From Octopus sinensis (Eukaryota): DNA of 64,000 nt. Positions 63,137 to 64,000 of the stretch are shown here, piece after piece (within the stretch, counting starts at the first letter, position 1; the number at the start of each line of letters is the position of its first letter). The position numbers and the translations under genes are program-made. The notes under the pieces were generated by a model that was not told the origin of the DNA, ran no database searches, and saw nothing but the letters and a program-made list of their open reading frames with translations. The stretch covers positions 66,402,001 through 66,466,000 of the forward strand of contig NC_042997.1 in the NCBI RefSeq assembly GCF_006345805.1, in the 5' to 3' direction.

Positions 63137-63559
63137 TCATTAATTTCCGTAAAAGATTTTTATATATTTACTTTTGTTTTAAAGTGAAAGAGAGAAGAAA
63201 GTGAAAGATGTATGTGTATGTGAAATAGATGTGTGTGTGTGAAAGAGAAAGAGAGAAAGAGAGAGTGAGAGGAAGAGAGAAAGAAAAAGAGAAAGAGAGA
63301 GAGTGAAGGGGTGTGTTGTCCTGTATACATACATCAATACATATGTGTACATCTTTTTTGTATGTATGTGTGCATGTATGTGTATGTGAGAGAGAGAGAG
63401 TGAACATGTGTGTTCTCATGTATGTGTAAGTGGCACTCTCTCTCTCTCTCACACACACACACCCATTTCATACACATGTTCATACATCTTTCACTTTCTC
63501 CTCTCTTTCACTTTAAAACAAAAAGTAAATAAATAAAAAAAATTTACAGAAATTAATGA
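63137..63559. repeat. Foldback element (about 130-nt arms)
   Basis: TTTACTTTTGTTTTAAAGTGAAAGAGAGAAGAAAGTGAAAGATGTATG pairs with CATACATCTTTCACTTTCTCCTCTCTTTCACTTTAAAACAAAAAGTAAA. Confidence 0.88.
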
Positions 63560-63573
63560 ACAAAACCAACTAA

Positions 63574-63948
63574 TCTGGATGACAGTTCTGAGAGTCAAAG
63601 TAAAAGATCGCCCCAAGGGAATACCATTACAAAAAGTTTTTCAAGTGCATTCAACATTCAACAGCTCCAAAGATTTGGCTGCTATTTCTAGCACACCCTG
63701 CTACCACGTAACAGCTATTTGTGATAAAGGACCCGAAATACCTGTTATGTGATGGCAGGGCATGCAAAAAAACGCAGCCAAATCTTTCCTTTTCTGGGAA
63801 AAGGAGCTATTTATGCATGATTTTGATGTCACATTCGTTGAAAGCATGCAAAATAACCTGGAAAAGAATAAAAAATCCCATGAAACAAAACTCCGTCACT
63901 GGGAAACTCAGACTTTCCAGGTGACCCAGCGGGTCACAGGTAGTCTAG
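63574..63948 (+). mobile_element. Probable non-autonomous Helitron
   Basis: GC-rich hairpin GTGACCC-AGC-GGGTCAC (63921-63937), 7 nt, then CTAG followed by T. Candidate A|TC 5' end at 63573-75 is uncertain. Confidence 0.5.
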
Positions 63949-64000
63949 TATATAATGTGTGTGTATGTAGATGGGAAAACACACCTTGTAAATTATTAGC

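Overview
AT-rich, repeat-dense animal genomic DNA, most likely a coleoid cephalopod such as Octopus (inferred from my recollection of the repeat families, not verified). The window holds the central part of one plus-strand gene, the mismatch-repair gene MLH1. I traced 14 coding exons between 5814 and 58513. All have GT-AG boundaries and compatible phases, giving about 561 codons that match human exons 2-16. Exon 1 and exons 17-19 were not found and presumably lie outside the window. The introns are filled with mobile DNA: a near-full-length decayed RTE LINE and many truncated 3' ends of it, a young Dong/R4-type element inside an (ATT)n tract, CR1/L2-type, BovB-like and Penelope remnants, and Tc1/mariner elements of three kinds (DD36E, DD37D maT-like, and mariner). 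There are also TTAA-flanked and hAT-type MITEs, four long foldback hairpins, a probable Helitron end, and several tRNA-derived SINE families whose heads and tails appear to be swapped combinatorially. I found no CRISPR array, rRNA or genuine tRNA gene, and no clearly new protein-coding system. The best leads are transposon-biology and splicing oddities. Repeat boundaries were read by eye and are approximate unless a TSD or TIR is quoted.
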